Of a DNA stretch of 64,000 bases, positions 61,163-64,000 are shown one piece after another. Origin of the DNA: Antechinus flavipes (taxonomy: Eukaryota); assembly GCF_016432865.1 (NCBI RefSeq), contig NC_067398.1, positions 691,982,001-692,046,000 on the forward strand. Reading direction: 5' to 3'. Under the pieces are notes generated by a model. The model saw nothing but the letters and a program-made list of their open reading frames with translations. It was not told the DNA's origin and did no database searches. The translations under genes and the position numbers were made by a program. Numbering within the stretch: the stretch's first letter is position 1; every line of letters starts with the position of its first letter.

Positions 61163-63659
61163 ACCATATGTCAATCACTCTACAAACATTATTTCATTTG
61201 ATCCTCATAACAATCCTGAAAATGGATGCTATTATTATTCCTGTTTTACAGTTTTTACAGTTTTACAGTTAAGGAAACTGAGGTTAAGTGACTTATCCAG
61301 AATCACACAGCTGGTATTTGAGTCAAGATCTGAACCCTGGTCTTTTTAGCTCCATCTCCAGCAATATTTAAACCCGTTTCCTATAAGAAATAAAAGTAAG
61401 AAGATAAATATCAGGAAATCTGATCTATAATAATAGGGGTAAAGAAGATAAAATGGGACAAATCAAGACATGCTAATTTTTAGGGGAATGTAAATACAAT
61501 TGACTTAGGTTCAACAAACTCTTATCTAGTACTTACTATTCCCTCTCTGCAATTACTAACTCTGTGACCCTGAACAAATCCCATAATGTTCTTGACCTCA
61601 CCTTTGCCATCTATAAAATGAAGCATTTGGATTAAATGGTCCCTGAAGTCTGTTCCATTCCAAATCTATGATTATGGGTTCAGAGATCTTTAATTTAGAG
61701 CTGAGAGAGACATTAGAGGTCAGCCCCAGGAGTAACAGGAGGATGGTCAATGCAACGACATGGAAAAGAGAGATGGAGCTTTCCTGTACAGTTGCTGTTC
61801 AGTGGTTTTTCAGTTATGTCTGATTTTTGTAACCCCATTTTGAGGTTTTCTTGGCCAAAAAATACTGCAGTGATTTGCCATTTCTCTCTCCAACTCGTTT
61901 AACAGATGAAGAAACTGAGGCAAACAGACCAGATTTGAACTCACAAAGTTCAAATGGAGTTCTGATTCCGGCACTTAACTGTCCCAAATTGGTACACTAG
62001 CAGCCAACAAGTTCAATTCAACCCAGTATATAGATCAGGAAACTGAGGTACAGTTTCCTGATAGGAGGATTTGCCCAACGTCACACAGATCATGGATCTA
62101 CAATGGGATTTGAATCCATGTCTTCTCACTTTTGATGCAGTGCTTTTCTCACTTGGTTATTAGGTCACTGATGCCCTTACAAAGAAATTTTAATCAAATG
62201 ATAAGATTGAAAGGGACTGAAAGAGAGAGCTGGTGGTTAAGAAAAAAATATGGCATGGTAGTTAAAAGCATTGGGCTTGGAATCAAGAATCCTGGTTTTG
62301 AATCCCATTCCCATTACCTTGTTAACACTTACCACAAGGTTGAAACGGGTGATGATATTCAAGTGTGGGCTGGCCTAGACTACTCTTTCCATGCCTTCCA
62401 GCTGAAATTCTGTGGTTCTTAAATAAAATGAATTAAATTGACTTCAGTCCCACTCCCTGCCTTAGAATTCTTAACCCAGCCAAGAAGAATCACTGTCTCA
62501 GAGTTCTTCAAAGAAAACGAGTCTAGACTCCATTGATGGGAGAGGTATATCAATGTCTTATAATACTATTGTTAGGAAGCTCCTCCAAATTTCTCATCTT
62601 TCCTCATAGGGACCACAGACAAAGTATTCACTTCTCTGCATCAGTTTCTTCATTTGTTAAAAGAGGGAAGAGATAAATCTGAACTCAGATCTTTCCTACT
62701 CCAGGTCCAGTGTTCTATCTACTAGGCTACCCAGCTTGCCAAGTGTATATGTCAAGTGTTTTAGTAAAGCACAAAGTGTTACTGCTCCTCTTTTCAGAAG
62801 TAGGGAACTATGTGTGAGAATATTACATAGCAGAGTCAGACATGACTGATGTACTTGATGGTGGGTTTTGCTGGACTTTTTTTCTATTTTTTTATTTTAT
62901 TCATTATTTATTTATTATTTTATTTTATTATTTTTATTTTATGTATTATTTTATTATTTATTTATTTTCTATTTCTTTTATAAATCTTTGCTACAAGAAA
63001 TGGCTTTCTAGGTATGGAAGAGAACGGGAATGTGCTCAGAAATAAAAGTGCTATAAAAAAGATACCAATAAGAATACAATATAAAAACTGAATGTTATTG
63101 AAATGTCAGGTGTTGTCTCTCAACTTAACACCCTGCTTGGGAAAGGTCATCCACTCACCCTTGGGCTTTTTGAGAGTGAATACAGGAATGCTTTGCTTTA
63201 AGGAAATTCGATATTTATGAAAAGCCAGAAAAGAAAACAGCTAAGTTAAGAGATAATTTTTATAAGTCCTTGACAAAAGGATCATGTACTTTGTGGAAAA
63301 TTTTATCACAGGTTCTTTTAAATAGTGAGCTCTTCTGATTTAAATGTAAAAACATTTACAAAGCCAAAAAGTGCCTCCTTGTGGCTAGAAGCTGACAACA
63401 CAGGAGTATTATGGGTGAAACTGACCCATTTATTTGGAAATTAGAGAGAAATTAGTTTATTAGAGATCATTCATTTGAGCCTTTGACTCTAGAACTAAAA
63501 TAAAATCTTCCACGTGTTTTGTATCAGGATTTCAGCCAAAGCCATTTCTAAACTTAGGATTGTCTGCCATCCCTCACTTTCCTGATTAAGGGAGAAAAAT
63601 AACTAAACCATTTCTTCTGTGAGACCCAGAGATTCCACCTGGTGAGCATGTACCCCGAG

Positions 63660-63865
63660 GAGGTCAGATGTAGAAAGGAAGGGCCCAGAAATATTAAAAC
63701 ATTCAGGACAGAGCTTTTTGTGATAGAAAAAAAATTATTGCCTATCAGCCAAAGTATGGCTATACAAATTGGAGTTCCAGAATGTAATGAAATATTGCTT
63801 AAGAAACAAAGAATAGGAAATATGCAGAGAATCATGGGAAGACTTAGTCTGATGCAAAATGCCAG
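63660..63865 (+). mobile_element. L1 ORF2 C-terminal fragment
   Basis: aaaacattcaggacagagctttttgtgatag (cf. KIFIAALFV)..tacaaattggag..aatgtaatgaaatattgc..gggaagactt. Confidence 0.7.
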
Positions 63866-64000
63866 TTATTCCTCAATTAAGATACTTCACCCCCCATTTC
63901 TGTGACTTTGCATTAACTTGTCCCTCAAGCCTAGAAAGAGCTTCTTCCTCACTTCCACTTCTTAGAACCCTTAGTTTTCTTCAAGGTGCAGCCCACCTGC

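Overview
Repeat-rich, apparently non-coding vertebrate DNA with eight N-gaps, as in a draft assembly. The repeat inventory (WSINE1-like and Mar1-type CORE-SINEs, RTE LINEs and RTE-related SINEs, marsupial-type L1 3' ends, L2, CR1/L3, hAT MITEs) points to an Australian marsupial, probably a dasyurid (inference). I recognise no host protein-coding gene, tRNA/rRNA gene or CRISPR array, so the window is intergenic or inside a large intron. Best-supported elements: a 5'-complete decayed RTE LINE (1-1540, minus), a young CpG-rich solo LTR with a 4-bp TSD (16228-16814, minus), and an LTR-less betaretrovirus-like fragment with an open gag nucleocapsid ORF placed next to an integrase C-terminus (51738-52524). 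Weaker leads: apparent captures of genomic DNA (an AT-rich island with exon-like pieces, an insert inside a GATA array, a 1-kb segment bounded by an exact 38-bp direct repeat), candidate microexons and candidate enhancers. I found nothing that I can claim as a new biological system. Repeat family names come from recalled consensus features, not a database search, and most repeat boundaries are approximate.
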